DNA of 64,000 nucleotides from Mytilus trossulus (Eukaryota): the NCBI RefSeq assembly GCF_036588685.1, contig NC_086379.1, positions 15,872,001-15,936,000 of the forward strand, written 5' to 3'. This document shows positions 62,975 through 64,000 of the stretch, piece after piece (position 1 is the first letter of the stretch; every line of letters begins with the position of its first letter). The notes under the pieces were generated by a model. That model saw only the letters and a list, made by a program, of their open reading frames with translations, had not been told where the DNA came from and made no database searches. A program made the translations under genes and the position numbers.

Positions 62975-64000
62975 GACCGTGTCAGACCAAAACAGACCAT
63001 GGATACAAAATAACGTTCAAAATGTTCAGACCCTGTTTAGATCCGTTCAGTATACCGGTTTGATAACACGAGTTGCGCCCCTTCTACTCGATAATGCATT
63101 TTAGATTAATATGTATATATGTTTTTTAATATTAGGATTTGTTTGAAGAATATTTTGATTAATTAAAAAAAAAAAAAATCTTCTGTTGATTCTTTATTTC
63201 TTTTCTTGTTTTGTCGAGGAACTAATAAATTATTCGTCTATATATGTTGTTTATTTTTTTAATAAATGTTAGTTTATATAAATATATATTGGTAATTAAA
63301 TGCAAGGACGTATGTTAATTGTATACACACCAGAATGTATGCCATAAACCTTAAAATGTTGTGAAGACCGGTGAAAATATTATTCGTATTTGAAGATTAG
63401 TAACGGAAAATCCTTAACGTAACCTAAAAAAGTTAAGGATGCATGTTTAATTTTTTTAGTGCGATTTACTCTATTTAAGTTGGAAAAAAATATTCCCGAC
63501 ATCCGGAAATTCGAAAAAAGACTTCTCGGATCCCGAAACCTGATCATCATACTGCATTCATTCAGTCTCTGTCGGGACGGTGTTAAAGTATCACCGTATA
63601 GAAATTTTCATTCAAACAATGTATCCTATAATATTTATTTTGTAATCCATATGATAGGTATATTGTACTTAGTATAAAATGACTGAATGAATAAATTGTA
63701 CTTAGTATATATATACATATGGCATTAATTCAAACAAAATCTGTTTTAGTTAAAATGGTCGGGTTCGATGGCACGTGCTAGTAATCAACCGGGTCAACAG
63801 GTAACAAAATCAATGATCCGTAACGTAAGAAAGTACATGCCTATTATGTATATTACAATTACTCCCATCATCATTCTTAATAGAAAGGTGCCGTAGGGCT
63901 AAATGTTAATAAAGAATAAATGAATTTGTGTATACACGTATTAGTGATGTCTGGTCGTCAGTTTTTAATATACATGCTTGTGTTTTCAAGTTTTTAAATT

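Overview
AT-rich, intron-containing animal DNA. The repeat families look like those of a bivalve mollusc, probably a Mytilus mussel (inference from repeat types). All coordinates and splice sites were read by eye. Three minus-strand host genes can be assembled from GT/AG-bounded exons: (i) a single-pass type I membrane protein (about 20850-31205) with a furin site and two duplicated Tyr-motif cytoplasmic exons, one exon apparently hit by a retrozyme insertion; (ii) a 5-exon SLC16/MCT monocarboxylate transporter (42495-48089); (iii) a 2-coding-exon MIO-dependent aromatic amino-acid ammonia-lyase/aminomutase (52891-55472). The third gene has fungal/plant PAL-type motifs rather than animal HAL motifs and an unusual substrate pocket, and it lies head-to-tail upstream of the MCT gene. 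This pair is a candidate horizontally acquired aromatic-acid pathway module in an animal and is the top lead. The mobile DNA includes a very young, intact BEL/Pao LTR retrotransposon (6634-13791), two decayed Academ-type DNA transposons, and several Penelope-like (Naiad-type) RT remnants, one with a SECIS-like hairpin just after its stop codon. There is also a family of about 355-360 bp hammerhead-ribozyme retrozymes, one fused to a captured piece of the MCT intron, plus a tRNA-derived Deu/Nin-type SINE and many MITEs with clear TSDs, including a 38-bp perfect palindrome.
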